Shown in pieces: positions 20,300 through 31,397 of a DNA stretch of 64,000 nt (position 1 is the stretch's first letter; every line of letters begins with the position of its first letter). Under the pieces are notes generated by a model. The model saw nothing but the letters and a program-made list of their open reading frames with translations, searched no databases and was not told the origin of the DNA. Source of the stretch: Pelagomonas calceolata. Its lineage: Eukaryota. Location of the stretch: contig CAKKNE010000003.1 in assembly GCA_918797485.1 (NCBI GenBank), positions 4,774,001-4,838,000 of the forward strand, in the 5' to 3' direction. Made by a program: the position numbers and the translations under genes.

Positions 20300-20926
20300 T
20301 TAGTCCTCCTTCTTCTTGTCAGCGTCGTCGTCCGCGAGGTTGTGCTCCTGCGGGATGAGCGCGCCGACGACGACAAGGAGGACGGCGAAGGCGGTGAGCC
20401 CCGTGGACAGCATGCGGTAGTCGACGACGAGGAAGAACTCGTCGAGCGCGTCGGTGAGCGGCGAGTACCACGTCGGGCCGCGCGGAATGTAGAGGCCGAC
20501 GTCGCGCCCGCCGTTCTCGAGCGTCTCGTTGCGCGGCCGCCGCGTGAAGTTTCGCAGGAAGTCGCTCGTGGTGTTGGTTTCGTTCGAGGTGAAGTCGTAC
20601 ATCCGCCCCCGAACGAAGAGGAGGTTTCTGGCGGCGGCGACGGCGAACCGCTTTTTGAGTTCGGGGTTCTTCTCGCACTCGACCATGGCGACGTTGATCC
20701 AGTTCGAGTCGTGCGCCGTCAGGTTCCTGTCGAGGGTCTTGAGTTTGCCGACCCACTTGTCGTCGCACCGGTCGCCGGGGCAGAAGCGCACGAACCAGTC
20801 GCCCGTCGTCGCGCCGGTCGTGCACTGCGTCTCGTGCTCGAAGTTCTCGTCGTGGAGGTCGACGACCGCCCCCAAGGTTGACGCCGCCGCGCCGGCGAGC
20901 AGCAACCCCGCGAGCGCCCGCGGCAT
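20300..20926 (-). CDS. Thioredoxin-like ER membrane protein (TMX-like) with a non-canonical active site
   Basis: Signal peptide, VVDLHDENFEHETQ..TGATTGDWFVRF, VAMVEC...LKKRF, a C-terminal TM helix and a KKED di-lysine end. Confidence 0.7.
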   Translation of the reverse strand: MPRALAGLLLAGAAASTLGAVVDLHDENFEHETQCTTGATTGDWFVRFCPGDRCDDKWVGKLKTLDRNLTAHDSNWINVAMVECEKNPELKKRFAVAAARNLLFVRGRMYDFTSNETNTTSDFLRNFTRRPRNETLENGGRDVGLYIPRGPTWYSPLTDALDEFFLVVDYRMLSTGLTAFAVLLVVVGALIPQEHNLADDDADKKKED

Positions 20927-21705
20927 GATGCGCGTCCGCGGTCCTCCCTGGCGAGCCTAGCGGCAGCGACTGCGGCACTTGATCGGTGCGCTGCGCGCAC
21001 ACTGGTTCCCTAAAATGACGACGCCCTCTGTGCGGAGCGACTGCGCGTACGCAGCCCAGGCTGTACCTGGATAGGACTGAATAGGGGGCAAAAACAAACC
21101 TGAGTTTGTGCGCGTTTGACACTAGAGCAATATGCAAGAGACGTATACTGGCGTCCCCCGTCTCCGGCCTCGCGTATTTAGCTTGGGTACTTGTGCTAAA
21201 ATTACTACGACGTGATTTTGCCAAGGAGCGCGCCGGCGGCGCCGGCAGTGCTCCGGCCTGGTTACCTGAGTGCCAGACGACCCCGTGGTACTAATCACGG
21301 AGGGGGGGTGTTGCTCATACGCGTCCTTTAGTGTTCAGAAGGGAAGAGGGACTAGTGAGAAGGGGATACTAGGGGTATACCGTGACCGTGACTATCATTA
21401 TTTCTCGCACTCCGAGTCCCGGGCCCCCACTTGCTCAAGTCTCGGATGCTTCTGAGACGAGAGTAATGAGAATTGGCTTTCCGTTTTCCGAGTCCTTGAA
21501 TAGTCCCACTGTCCACCAGCGTCCACGCGCTCGCCTCAGAGCCACCTGCCCGGCCCCGGGCCGGCTCCCCGTGAGACCTCCCCAACTTTCGGTAATTCCA
21601 CGGGTAGTTTTCCCATGAAAATTTCCCGGGAATTTGCCAATTATAGCCGAAACGACTCGGAAACTTACAGGGGTATCTGGCGACCGGCGGACAAACGGGC
21701 TGTAT

Positions 21706-22317
21706 CTACGAGGCCTCCATGTCCATGTGCGCGCGGCCGCGGCCGCGGCGACCCCCGCGTCCGCCCTTCTTGCGATCGCGGCCGCCGCGCCCCCGGCCGC
21801 GGCCGAGACCGGCGAGCGCCGTGCCGAAGAGGCCCTCGCGGACGTTGCCTGTCGGCGCCGCGCCGCCGCCGCGAGTGCCCGGCCGCGCCGTCGCCAGGCG
21901 GACCTCGAGCGCCCGACCGTCGAGCGTCTCGCCGTCGTAGCGCGTCCTCGCGGCCTGGGCCTCGCGCGGATTGGCAAAGGTTATCGTCGCGCGGCCGAGG
22001 GACCGTCCGGACGCGTCGAGCGCCATCCGACATGCTTTAATTGTTCCGCAGGCCTCGAAAAGCCGGCGGAGCTCGGACTCGAGGACGTCGTACGGCACGT
22101 TTCGCACCTCGACCGTCTTCGCGCCGTCCGCGTTTCCGAGGCGGTCGAAGATCGAGCCGCGCGCGTCGCGGGGCCGCTTGCCCGCGGTTTTCTTGCGGAC
22201 CACGGTCTTCTTTCCGCCCCTGGCCGCCGCTCGCCGCGGCTTGGCCTTGGCCGGCTTCTGCGCCGGCTTCGCCCGCCGCTTGATGATGTCCTCCAGCGAG
22301 AGGTCGAGGGCGCTCAT
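21706..22317 (-). CDS. ALYREF: ALY/REF (THO complex subunit 4)-like RRM protein
   Basis: N-terminal LDLSLEDII motif, RRM (VRNVPYDV...GRSLGRATITF) and an RGG tail. Confidence 0.75.
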   Translation of the reverse strand: MSALDLSLEDIIKRRAKPAQKPAKAKPRRAAARGGKKTVVRKKTAGKRPRDARGSIFDRLGNADGAKTVEVRNVPYDVLESELRRLFEACGTIKACRMALDASGRSLGRATITFANPREAQAARTRYDGETLDGRALEVRLATARPGTRGGGAAPTGNVREGLFGTALAGLGRGRGRGGRDRKKGGRGGRRGRGRAHMDMEAS

Positions 22318-22497
22318 CGCGATAGCTGAATGCACCGCAAAGATACAAAGCTAAGATAAATTCAGCTGCTGCTGGACGCTTACGCAACCCGCACAATTCA
22401 AGGAAAAACCCGTTTCCGAGGCTTCAAGACGCGCGGGTTTTGCTCTCGGGTGTATCGCGAGCTCGCGAGGCTCTTTGAGGCTCGAGGTGACCCTGCA

Positions 22498-23460
22498 ATG
22501 GCTGCCGCCGCTGCGCCGACGCGGCCGGAGGCCGCCGCGCCGCAGCTCCTCGACACGCAGCACGAGGACCACGTCCACGACGTGGCCTGGGACTACTACG
22601 CGCGGCGCCTGGCGACGTGCTCGTCGGACGGGACCGTGAAAATTTTCGCGGCCGACGGCGAGGCGACGGCGCACGAGGCGACGATAACGGGCCACGGGGG
22701 CCCCGTCTGGCAGGTCTGCTGGGCGCACCCCCGGTACGGCCAGGTCGTGGCGAGCTGCGGCTACGACGGCCAGGTCCTCGTCCACAAGGAGGACGCCCCG
22801 GGCCGCTGGACGGCCGTGCACGCGTGGTCGGGCGGCGAGGGGGCGTCGGTGAACGCCGTGTGCTGGGCGCCGGAGGGGGCCGGGGTGCTCCAGCTGGCTT
22901 GCGCCGCCAGCGACGGCCGGGCGACGATCCTCGCGCACGACGCGACGAGCGGCGAGTGGGCCGCGTCGTCCTTCCTGGCCTCCCCCCTCGGCCTCACGTC
23001 CTGCAGCTGGTGCCCCGTCGAAGCGACGGGGTCCGCGACGGCCGAGGGCGCGCTCGTCCCGCGCCTCGCGACCGGCGGGTGCGACGCGCTCGTCAAGGTC
23101 TGGCGCCGCGAGGACCCGAACGCGGACGCGTGGGACCTGGAGCCCGTCGCGAACGGCGGCAAGGCGCACACCGGCTGGGTGCGGGACGTGGCATTCTCGC
23201 CGTTCTACGGCGAGCCGAAGCCGTGCCTGATCTCGTGCTCGGACGACAAGTCGGTCCTCGTCTGGACGCGCAACGATCTGAACGGGCCCTGGGCGAGTCG
23301 CGTCGTGACGACCTGCGACGCCCCTGTCTGGCGCGTCGCGTGGTCCGTCGCCGGTTGCGTGCTGGCCGTGAGCTCGGGCGACGACGCCGTGAGCCTCTGG
23401 AAGGAGAGCGTCGCCGGCGACTGGCACGAGCTCGCGGAGCCCGAGGAGGCGGCCACCTAG
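22498..23460 (+). CDS. SEC13: Sec13 WD40 protein
   Basis: HEDHVHD...DYYARRLATCSSD, GHGGPVWQVCWAHP, SVNAVCWAP, HTGWVRDVA, VWRVAWS. Confidence 0.92.
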   Translation: MAAAAAPTRPEAAAPQLLDTQHEDHVHDVAWDYYARRLATCSSDGTVKIFAADGEATAHEATITGHGGPVWQVCWAHPRYGQVVASCGYDGQVLVHKEDAPGRWTAVHAWSGGEGASVNAVCWAPEGAGVLQLACAASDGRATILAHDATSGEWAASSFLASPLGLTSCSWCPVEATGSATAEGALVPRLATGGCDALVKVWRREDPNADAWDLEPVANGGKAHTGWVRDVAFSPFYGEPKPCLISCSDDKSVLVWTRNDLNGPWASRVVTTCDAPVWRVAWSVAGCVLAVSSGDDAVSLWKESVAGDWHELAEPEEAAT

Positions 23461-24034
23461 GCGAGCCCCCCGGTCGCCTCGGAAAGCGCGGGCCACGGGC
23501 GCCGCCCGCGAGGGGCTTAATGATGCGCAATCAACCATCGTGCTAAAAAGTTAGATTCGAAGCTGTGCGAAGTGAGCCTCTGCGTCCTCAGTCCTCCGGC
23601 GACTCGAGGGCCCTGAGCCCGGGGGCTACTATACGCGGTTTGGGGGCTTTCCGACGCTGCCAGTGCCCAGTACATCCTGTGACCCGTACCGTTAACGGTA
23701 CGGGTCACACAGGCCCTAGTGAGTTTTGCGCCACTAGCATTTCGACTCGACGAGTGCCGCGGTCAGGGGCGCGACGAGAGGACTAATCTACGGACAGGAA
23801 CAGTTGGCAGTCGCGCAAGTCGACCTGCGGCTTGTCTCTGCTATGGCTCGACCCCCCTACTACGCCCCCTACTAGAGGGGGCTACCCCACTACCACTACC
23901 CCCAAAACCACCTCCTGGGGAGCTTCTACAAACCTCGTCATGCTGCGGGTTGGGCCTTCCTCGCCGCCTCCGCGTACCAACGTACCAAATTTGTGCGATG
24001 CTCGGATGAAAACCGTGCTGCCGAGCCGCAACTC

Positions 24035-25273
24035 ATGCGGTGGATCCCGTTTCTCGTCGGCTGCGTCGCTGGTGACCTGCTGCAGCGGGCCCAGCAGCTC
24101 GCGAGTCTCGCCGTCGAGGAGTTTCGAACGGAGGCGCGCCCCCTCGTGCGCTGCCTCCGCTGGGCGGAGCTGCCAGCGGCGCTGGGCCGCGAGCTCGTCG
24201 ACGGTACGTCGCGCAGCGACTGGGAGACCTGCATCCCAGTCTTCCGGCCCCACGCAACGCATCCGGCGTGCGGCGCCTGGGACCGGGCCGCGCCCTTCTG
24301 CTTCGACGGCGCCGGCGCATGCCCGGTGTCACAGCCGGCTCGGGGCGGCCTCTTCGCGGGCGCCTGGCCTACGAAGGCGGCGGGCCCCGGCAGCTTCTAC
24401 GCGAAAGGGAAATGGTACAATAGCAGCGATACGCTCCCAGGCTACGCCGCGCCCTGTTACGCGGGCGCCGGCTGCTTCCCTTCGGCCATCGGCATTGGCC
24501 TTGCTAAGTCGGGGACCTCGACCCTCTTTGCGCTCTTCCCTGAGCATCAGAGGGGCAAGGAGCCAAGGTTCTGGGAACCCGCGCGCGGAATGCCCTGTCG
24601 CTTCCCGAACATGGACTGCTACCTGCGGTCAGTCCCGGCTTCACACTCGTCTCCTTTGACCATCGATGCGACCGTGCCTCTGACGTGGCATATACACGCG
24701 CCTCTCTTCCTGTCCTTTGCACAGCCGCGCACCAAATTAATAGCCACGGTCCGCGACCCCCTCGACCTCCTGGAGTCGCACTACTATTTCTCGTATCACC
24801 CCGGATCAGATAAATATATGAACGTCTCGATCTTCGGCCGCGCACTACTCAGCGACGTCGAGCTCTTCCTCGACTGCCACGCGGCGTCGGCCTGGGCCCT
24901 AGAACATCATCTGGCCTGGGACCCGGGCTGCGTGTGGACGTACGACCTCGACGCCAGTGGGCTCTTGCACTCCCCGCTGCGGGATATCCTCTACGCCGAT
25001 GGGCTCCACCTGTGGCTGGCGCGCTTCCCGCCCAACCAGATCCTGTGGCTCGACACCCGCGACATCCTCGAGTCCGCGGGCCTCATCGCGACGTTCCTCG
25101 GCGTCGACGCGGGGCGGCTCGTCGCGGTCGAGTTGCCCAAGAACAAAAACACAGGGAACACCCGCGGGCTCTTTGCAAGCCTGGGCCCCAATGTCACGCG
25201 CCTTCTTCGCCTCGTCACCGAGCCGACCGAATACCTTCTGGAGGCCATGAGGCGAAGGAAGCCGGTGCCGTAG
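24035..25273 (+). CDS. Secreted/Golgi sulfotransferase (heparan-sulfate-sulfotransferase-like fold)
   Basis: 5'-PSB loop IGLAKSGTSTL, KEPRFW, 3'-PB KLIATVRDP...SHY; short hydrophobic N-terminus. Confidence 0.75.
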   Translation: MRWIPFLVGCVAGDLLQRAQQLASLAVEEFRTEARPLVRCLRWAELPAALGRELVDGTSRSDWETCIPVFRPHATHPACGAWDRAAPFCFDGAGACPVSQPARGGLFAGAWPTKAAGPGSFYAKGKWYNSSDTLPGYAAPCYAGAGCFPSAIGIGLAKSGTSTLFALFPEHQRGKEPRFWEPARGMPCRFPNMDCYLRSVPASHSSPLTIDATVPLTWHIHAPLFLSFAQPRTKLIATVRDPLDLLESHYYFSYHPGSDKYMNVSIFGRALLSDVELFLDCHAASAWALEHHLAWDPGCVWTYDLDASGLLHSPLRDILYADGLHLWLARFPPNQILWLDTRDILESAGLIATFLGVDAGRLVAVELPKNKNTGNTRGLFASLGPNVTRLLRLVTEPTEYLLEAMRRRKPVP

Positions 25274-26235
25274 CGAACTGCGCTCGGTGTCACCACACCC
25301 CCTTCTTCTTGGCTCTGTCCTCAGCTGCAGGAAATATCCACGTGCGGGTTTGATTCAGTGTAGAAATCAAATTATTTTATGAATAGGCCTGGGATATTTC
25401 TGCTTCGTCAGATTGAAGTTCAACGTAAAGTTCAACTAGAGGGAGGGGGGGTAAATTTAGCAAAACCCGTCACCTAGGTGTTCTATATGGGGGGGGAAGC
25501 CAGACCCGGATTGCTCCATAGCGAATATAACCGGAGCCCAGTGGTCCAAGTTGCCAAGTGAAACTGGAGCAAAAAAACAATTTCGGGTCAAAAAAACACA
25601 TGCAGCTGCAGGTGCAGCTGCGGGTCCCTGCAAGTCCCATAATTACGAAAGGCATCAGGGGTTTGGTGTCTAGGCAAGTGCCCAGGATGCCCGCGTGCCG
25701 AGTTACGAGCGGATTAAACAATCCCGTTGGCCAAAGTCCAGGTCAATCAAATGATCTCCTAGTTTATTTAGACTACAAAAACCGCCGCTGGTACTGTAGG
25801 TTACATGCTAGGCCCATGGGGCTCGCTCCTAAGCGGCCTTCTTCGGCCCGAACGGCGTCCAGAGCCGCCACTAAGTCATCACCTTTGCTGCAGCACCCTT
25901 GAAGACCGTTGTAGCCACCTCGCTGAACGCATGCAGCTGCAGCCGACGCGTCGCTAAATCTACTAAACGGGTTTTTGATGACTTTGGAGCTCTCCCTCTC
26001 ATCGTCATCGACCTCCGTACGGACCCCCGACCTCGGGCGGGGCTACCGACCCCTCTCGGAGGCTTCATGCGAAAAAGCCGGTAATTTCGGATCGATTAAG
26101 ACTCGTTCAGTAGTACCTGGCGTCCCCCCCTTTTCCACATCCGAGTCCGAGTCGGGGCCGCGATCCACTGGCAGTGGCAGAGATTTTCTAGCGAGTTAAA
26201 AACCGGGGCGGAAGACAGGAAGCGTCCATCCGCGC

Positions 26236-27750
26236 CTAGCCGGCCGCGCAGAGGTCGCCGGCGACGTTCTGGACGATACCGTCGGGGACCCAGCCGGTGC
26301 CGTCGGGCGCGACGATCTGGACGGAGACGCCGTTGGGCGTGACGACGTAGAGGTTTGCCTCGTCGTCGCCGTTTCCGTTGGTCGCGGCGATGGCCTCGGC
26401 CGCAAAGTGCACGGTCGCGCCGCGCTTCGTCGCGCGGTCGAGGAGCTCGGCCATGGCGAGGCGCGTGCCCGAGATAGCGTAGTGGAAATCCAACCACTGG
26501 TTCTCGCCGTCGTAGGCGCTGCGCAGCGTCGCCGCGTGGGCCTCGTTGAGCGTCGTCTCGAAGTCGCGGACGGAGAAGGGTCCGCCCTCCGCGTGGCTCT
26601 CCACGAGCAGCACCTGGACCGTGTCGTCGACGCCGTGCGGGCCGAAGCCAAAGGCCGCCATGCGCGATTTAGGGCCCCTGTACGAGGCGATCTCCTCTGC
26701 AACCAGCACGTCTTGGTAAAACGACGACGCGGCGGCCAGGTCGGACACAAAGTGCGACACCGCCGCCGCGTAGAGCACACCGCCCGACGAGGCACCAAAG
26801 TGGGCAGCGGGCGCCGTGGTTCCGTCGCGAAAGGCGTAGCGCGGATATGCCGCGGCCGCGACGCCGGCGGCGCCCGCTCTGAGTGCCGCCTCGTCGAACG
26901 CGTCCGAGAAGACCTCGACGACCGCGCCGGCCGTGGTGCCCTGCGCGAAGGCGACCGAAGCGAAACTTCGACCGAACGCGTCGGTCCAGAGCCACAGGAA
27001 GTAGGGCTGTTCGTTCTTGAAGTAGGTGCTCATGTATTCCCTCAGGTCGCTCGAGTACAGCTTCACGTTCATGTCCATGAGCGGGTCCCACTTCTGAAAA
27101 CCGCCATAGGCCTTGCGGAAGGCGGCCTCGACCTCGGCGACACTCTTGCCATCGCCCGCGCTCCTATCCCTCGCGTCGACGTGGTGCAGGCCGAAGCCCT
27201 CGGCGAAAGAGCCGACGCCGGCCAGGTCGTCTGCCGTCAGCAGTTGGACCCTGCCAACGGCCCCGCACTCGCACTCGCACGGCGCCAGCTCGTACGTCTC
27301 CGGAAAACTGTGCGCAGCGAGCGCGTACGCGACGCAGTCGACGGGCGCCCCGCCGAGTTTTTTCAGGACGTCCCCGGGCACCGCGACGGAGCATCCGGCG
27401 TCGCCGCCCCAGGGCGCCAGCGCGACGGGCAGAGACCCGAACGCCTTGATGGCGGCGTCGACGTCGCTCGTCGCGTACGTGTGCTTGACGACGCCGTCGG
27501 GCGGCGCGCGTTCCGTCTTGCCGCGCGGGCCGGGCCTCGCAAAGAGCGACGCGTCGTTTTTGGTGGGGCGCGTCTGCCGCGCGATCGCGACCGTGCCCGC
27601 GACGGCGAGGCAGGCCGCGGCCGCGGCCGCCGCGCGCGTCGTTCGTCGCCGCAGCTTCGCGGGCAGCGGCAAAAGCTCCTCGTCGGTGGGGGTCGCCGCC
27701 CCGACGCTGCCGTAATCTGGCGCGTTCGTTCCGCGCGGCGGGCCGACCAT
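26236..27750 (-). CDS. Type II membrane protein with possible glyoxalase/VOC-like repeats
   Basis: YGSV cytosolic motif, then a hydrophobic anchor. SHFVSDLAAASSFYQDVL and NLYVVTPNGVSVQI resemble VOC elements. Strong codon bias. Confidence 0.5.
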   Translation of the reverse strand: MVGPPRGTNAPDYGSVGAATPTDEELLPLPAKLRRRTTRAAAAAAACLAVAGTVAIARQTRPTKNDASLFARPGPRGKTERAPPDGVVKHTYATSDVDAAIKAFGSLPVALAPWGGDAGCSVAVPGDVLKKLGGAPVDCVAYALAAHSFPETYELAPCECECGAVGRVQLLTADDLAGVGSFAEGFGLHHVDARDRSAGDGKSVAEVEAAFRKAYGGFQKWDPLMDMNVKLYSSDLREYMSTYFKNEQPYFLWLWTDAFGRSFASVAFAQGTTAGAVVEVFSDAFDEAALRAGAAGVAAAAYPRYAFRDGTTAPAAHFGASSGGVLYAAAVSHFVSDLAAASSFYQDVLVAEEIASYRGPKSRMAAFGFGPHGVDDTVQVLLVESHAEGGPFSVRDFETTLNEAHAATLRSAYDGENQWLDFHYAISGTRLAMAELLDRATKRGATVHFAAEAIAATNGNGDDEANLYVVTPNGVSVQIVAPDGTGWVPDGIVQNVAGDLCAAG

Positions 27751-28383
27751 GGTCCTGGCTGCCGAGCTCGCGCAGGAGCCTTGCGTGCCGCTGCGTCGAG
27801 GCGAGATGGCCCGGGGCGGCCTGTTGGCGGGCGCTTGGTGTCGCTCGGCTGCGGGCCGCGGATCGGGGCTGCCGGGCAACCTGTGACAGACCGAGCTTGG
27901 GCAGGCGCCCAGGCGAGGAAGCTGGTTCAACGTCGGCCTTCGGGCTGCCCGGGCCGCGCTCGGTCTCTACCCAGCCCTACCTTGCGTCGACGACCGCTGC
28001 AATCCGACGATAGACGGATCTTTTTCGGCGGCGTAAAAACTCGCCACTCAAAATTCCGCCGGCGCGGCGCCCGGCTGGGTTTAGACAACATCCTCGTATA
28101 CGCAAGGGCTGCCCGCGCACAGCAAGGGAGGCTGCCCGCGGACCACAGCACTCGCCTGCTACACTGATCCATATGGCTGCCGCGCACGTGGTCTGTCGCC
28201 CTGCTTAGCAGCAATATCGTCACACCTAGTGGCTCGCTGCAAGATACTTTCTTATACTTGCTCGTGTCCCATAGCGCTCCGATTGTGAGAGCGCAGGACA
28301 AAGGAGCAAGAATTTTGGCCCAGGTACCGTAGGTAACTGTACTCGGTAGCTCTCCCTGGAGCCCGAGGGTGAGCTCAGAGAGC

Positions 28384-29073
28384 ATGAGGCTCGCAGTAGT
28401 GACGCTTGTAGCGCTGCGTGCGCGCAGTCGCGCCGCCGCGCCACAGAGCAGATGGAGACCGTACCTCGACGCGGGAACGCCGATCAAGCCGAGCCAGTGC
28501 GTCCTCAGGTTTGTAAACGTCCCGGCGTCCGCCGTCGACGCGAACGCGCCGCCGTCCGCCGATGTCTACGCCAAATGGAGGGGCGACGGCGAGGTCGTCA
28601 TCGTCACGGGACGCACGTACCCGCTCCTCCAGGTAGCCGTGAACGCGGGTCTCGCGTTCCCGCGCGGCAAACTCAAGGCGCCGTACCACCAGGACACGAT
28701 GGCCGACTGCTGCCTGCTGGAGCTCGAGGACCCGGACTGGCTCGATCCCCAGCACCCGATGTACGATTTCATGCTCGAGCAGGGCGGCCGCCGCGGCCGG
28801 AGGCCCGTGCGCGCCTGCGACACGCGCGTCGAGCCGCCGCCCGGCTGCGACGAGATGGTCCTCGACTTTGCGATCCAGGCCGACGTGCTGGCCTCGGGGT
28901 TCGCCGACCCGGTCTCGCGCTTCGAGGGCGACTGGGAGGCTGAGTTCGTCGGAGGATCCGGGGGCGGTCGCCAGTATCAAAAGCGGCGACCCGGCGGACG
29001 TTTGCCGCCCGCGGGCGAGGCGGGCTTCGACTCGACCTGCGGCGTCGCGCCGTGGGACGCCGTCCAGGACTAG
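28384..29073 (+). CDS. Hypothetical protein with a signal peptide
   Basis: MRLAVVTLVALRA leader and strong GC3 bias; no recognised family. Confidence 0.6.
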   Translation: MRLAVVTLVALRARSRAAAPQSRWRPYLDAGTPIKPSQCVLRFVNVPASAVDANAPPSADVYAKWRGDGEVVIVTGRTYPLLQVAVNAGLAFPRGKLKAPYHQDTMADCCLLELEDPDWLDPQHPMYDFMLEQGGRRGRRPVRACDTRVEPPPGCDEMVLDFAIQADVLASGFADPVSRFEGDWEAEFVGGSGGGRQYQKRRPGGRLPPAGEAGFDSTCGVAPWDAVQD

Positions 29074-29212
29074 ATTTATAGCAAGGAGCGTCGTGGTCTT
29101 CGTGAGATATGCAGAGTACCGTTTACCCTACCGGGGTACATGGACGCCCTGCTGCTATTGAGTAAGTATGTAAGTTAATGAATTAATGTCAATGCATGAT
29201 TGCAAAAGTGCC

Positions 29213-29358
29213 AGTGAACTTCACTGGCAAGTTGACTAGGAACTCAGGCTTGCTTCAGGTTCACTCTCAGGCTGGTGTTTTACGGCGACCGCGACTACCT
29301 AACGCCGGGCTTGATCCAACTTGGATAAGTAAAAGGTTCATGATATGGGATATGGGGG
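29213..29358 (-). repeat. Degenerate copy of dispersed repeat A, interrupted by footprint-type words
   Basis: Matches 49473-49570 (aggttcac...ggtgttttacggcg...cgccgggcttgatcca.cttggataagta). Confidence 0.75.
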
Positions 29359-30127
29359 GCTGTGCGGCAATCAAACATAGGAATAGGAAAACCTAAGATA
29401 ATTAATACCTCTCCATACATAAAAAACTTCAAGTTGAATAGAATGTTGCTTATAAACCCCCCTACCAGGGGTCAGTTTCGATGCCCAAGGCAGCCCGGAG
29501 GGTGGCATAGGAGGGGGAGGAGTGTACTCGATGGGCCCCACCCCGGCCCCTCCCCTCGTCCGTGCAGTCCCCTTCATTTTCGAGGTAATTAAATAAATAA
29601 ATAAATAAATAATTATTTCACCGGCCGGCGTAACCGTCACGGTGACTACGGTAACCTGCGCGACTGCCCTTTGCACTGGCAACCTAGTTGACACCAAGGG
29701 CCGGATAATAGTACACCGACCCGGGAAAGATATGCAAGTACCAGACTGTCTTTCCCGAATGTATGATGTAGAGGACGGTGGACAAGAACCCACCGAACCC
29801 AACAATCTGATCTTGAACCTGACTGGAGATTTACAAGAGCCGCCAAAGATGCCTACCCTTGTACATTGACAGCAGAGACGATCTTGAGATCTATAAGTGG
29901 AAAAAGACAAAAACCTTAGAAGAAATGACCATGAGGGTCCACAGGTCCGAATTGCGATTCTACCCGTTCAGTTTGACGAATAAGAACGAGATTCCAGTGA
30001 AAATCGTTAAAGAATTGGTTACTGATGGATATGCGGTGATGTTGATTTCAACGGTAAATTAGCTGAAGACCCGGCTTGAGTTCCAGGAAGGGGGGAGTGA
30101 GGTGAAAACTCCCCTAGATATATATCC

Positions 30128-30335
30128 GCAACGCCATAGCCCCCTATCGCCGGATCTATGGCTACATTACTCAGGCTCTCGCCTATCAGCACGCTATATC
30201 AGCCGGCACGTGCCCGAGGCTGATATTTCCCTATATCCCGTATCTTCTTACTTATCCAAGTGGATCAAGCCCGGCGCTAAGTAGGCGCCGTAAAAACACC
30301 GGGGTGAACCTAAAGTAAGTTCACTTCACCAGGGT
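30128..30335 (+). repeat. Dispersed repeat A (~200 bp), probable DNA-transposon end
   Basis: Near-identical reverse complement at ~49465-49656. Both copies terminate at ccc(t/c)(g/a)gtgaagtgaac. Confidence 0.85.
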
Positions 30336-30500
30336 TTCTTCTCAGGCTATTACTGAGGCTAACGACAAAAGAGAGCTAGAGGAATGTTACTAGAAGAAAC
30401 TTCTCCCTCAGGCTAGAAGCATAAGGGCAAAAGCCAATTGCGAATAACAAAATATATGCACCACGTCACGATTGATTCCCGTCGCAAGTGCCGGTGGTGG

Positions 30501-31397
30501 TCACGTGTGGGCGCCGTAGGACGCTTGCACGGCAGCGACGAGGACATCCGCCCCGGGCCCCTCGGCCGCCGCGCCGGCGGTCTCGATCGCTCTCCCGATC
30601 GTGTCCGTGAGCTCCTTCTCGAACATGAGCAGGTTGAGCGAGAAACGGGGCGCGCGGGCGACGGCTTCGAGCCAACGCAGCGCGTCGTGCGCGCGCCGCG
30701 CCGGCGACGCATCCTCGAGCGGCGGCGGCGCCGCCGCGGCGCCCTCGCCCGTGGGCGGCGGCGGCGGCGGCGCGGCAGCGGGCACGGCCTCGACCCAGGG
30801 GCGGCAGACGGTGTCGAGGACCTCGGCGACGAGCGTCGCGTCGAGTTCCGATGCGAGGAGCGGCGCGAGGACGGTCGGTCCGTGTCTCGCGAGGTATTTT
30901 TCGCGACGGCGGCGCGTCTCGGCCAGCGCGGCAACAGCCGTCCGCTTCGGGCCGGGCCGAACGCGGCAGCGGCGCCAGTCGCGGTCGAGCTCGAGCGGCG
31001 TCGCGGGTGGTGGTCGCGTCGTCGCGTCGGGCGCGTCCTCCAGGACCGCGCGGCGCCGCGGCTCGAACGGCGCACCCGCGGCGCCCGCCGTCCGGTCTCG
31101 CCGAGTCGCGCGCGCCGCGGCCGTGTGCGCCCAGCCCGTCCTGCCCCGCTTGAGCTCCTCCATCTCGCGCGACGACACGGGCTCGAGCATGTCCTCGGCG
31201 CAGTGCACAAAGTTGCGGAACTCGTCGTAGTCGCGGGACGTGCCAATGGCCTTCTTTTTCATGTCGTCGACGCGCCGGTGCCGCTTATCTTCGAAGACGT
31301 CGCGGCTGCACTCGCGCGCGAGTTTGTCGACGTCGAGCGTGCCGTCCTTGCGCAACACCTGGCTAAACTTGTGGGACGAATAGTTGCGCCCCGCCAT
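30501..31397 (-). CDS. CCDC103: CCDC103/DNAAF19-like dynein-arm attachment factor
   Basis: N-terminal LARE...DKRHRRVDDMKKKAI...DYDEFRNFV...LEPV and RPAP3_C-like PPATPLELDRDWRR...RFSLNLLMF. Confidence 0.7.
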   Translation of the reverse strand: MAGRNYSSHKFSQVLRKDGTLDVDKLARECSRDVFEDKRHRRVDDMKKKAIGTSRDYDEFRNFVHCAEDMLEPVSSREMEELKRGRTGWAHTAAARATRRDRTAGAAGAPFEPRRRAVLEDAPDATTRPPPATPLELDRDWRRCRVRPGPKRTAVAALAETRRRREKYLARHGPTVLAPLLASELDATLVAEVLDTVCRPWVEAVPAAAPPPPPPTGEGAAAAPPPLEDASPARRAHDALRWLEAVARAPRFSLNLLMFEKELTDTIGRAIETAGAAAEGPGADVLVAAVQASYGAHT

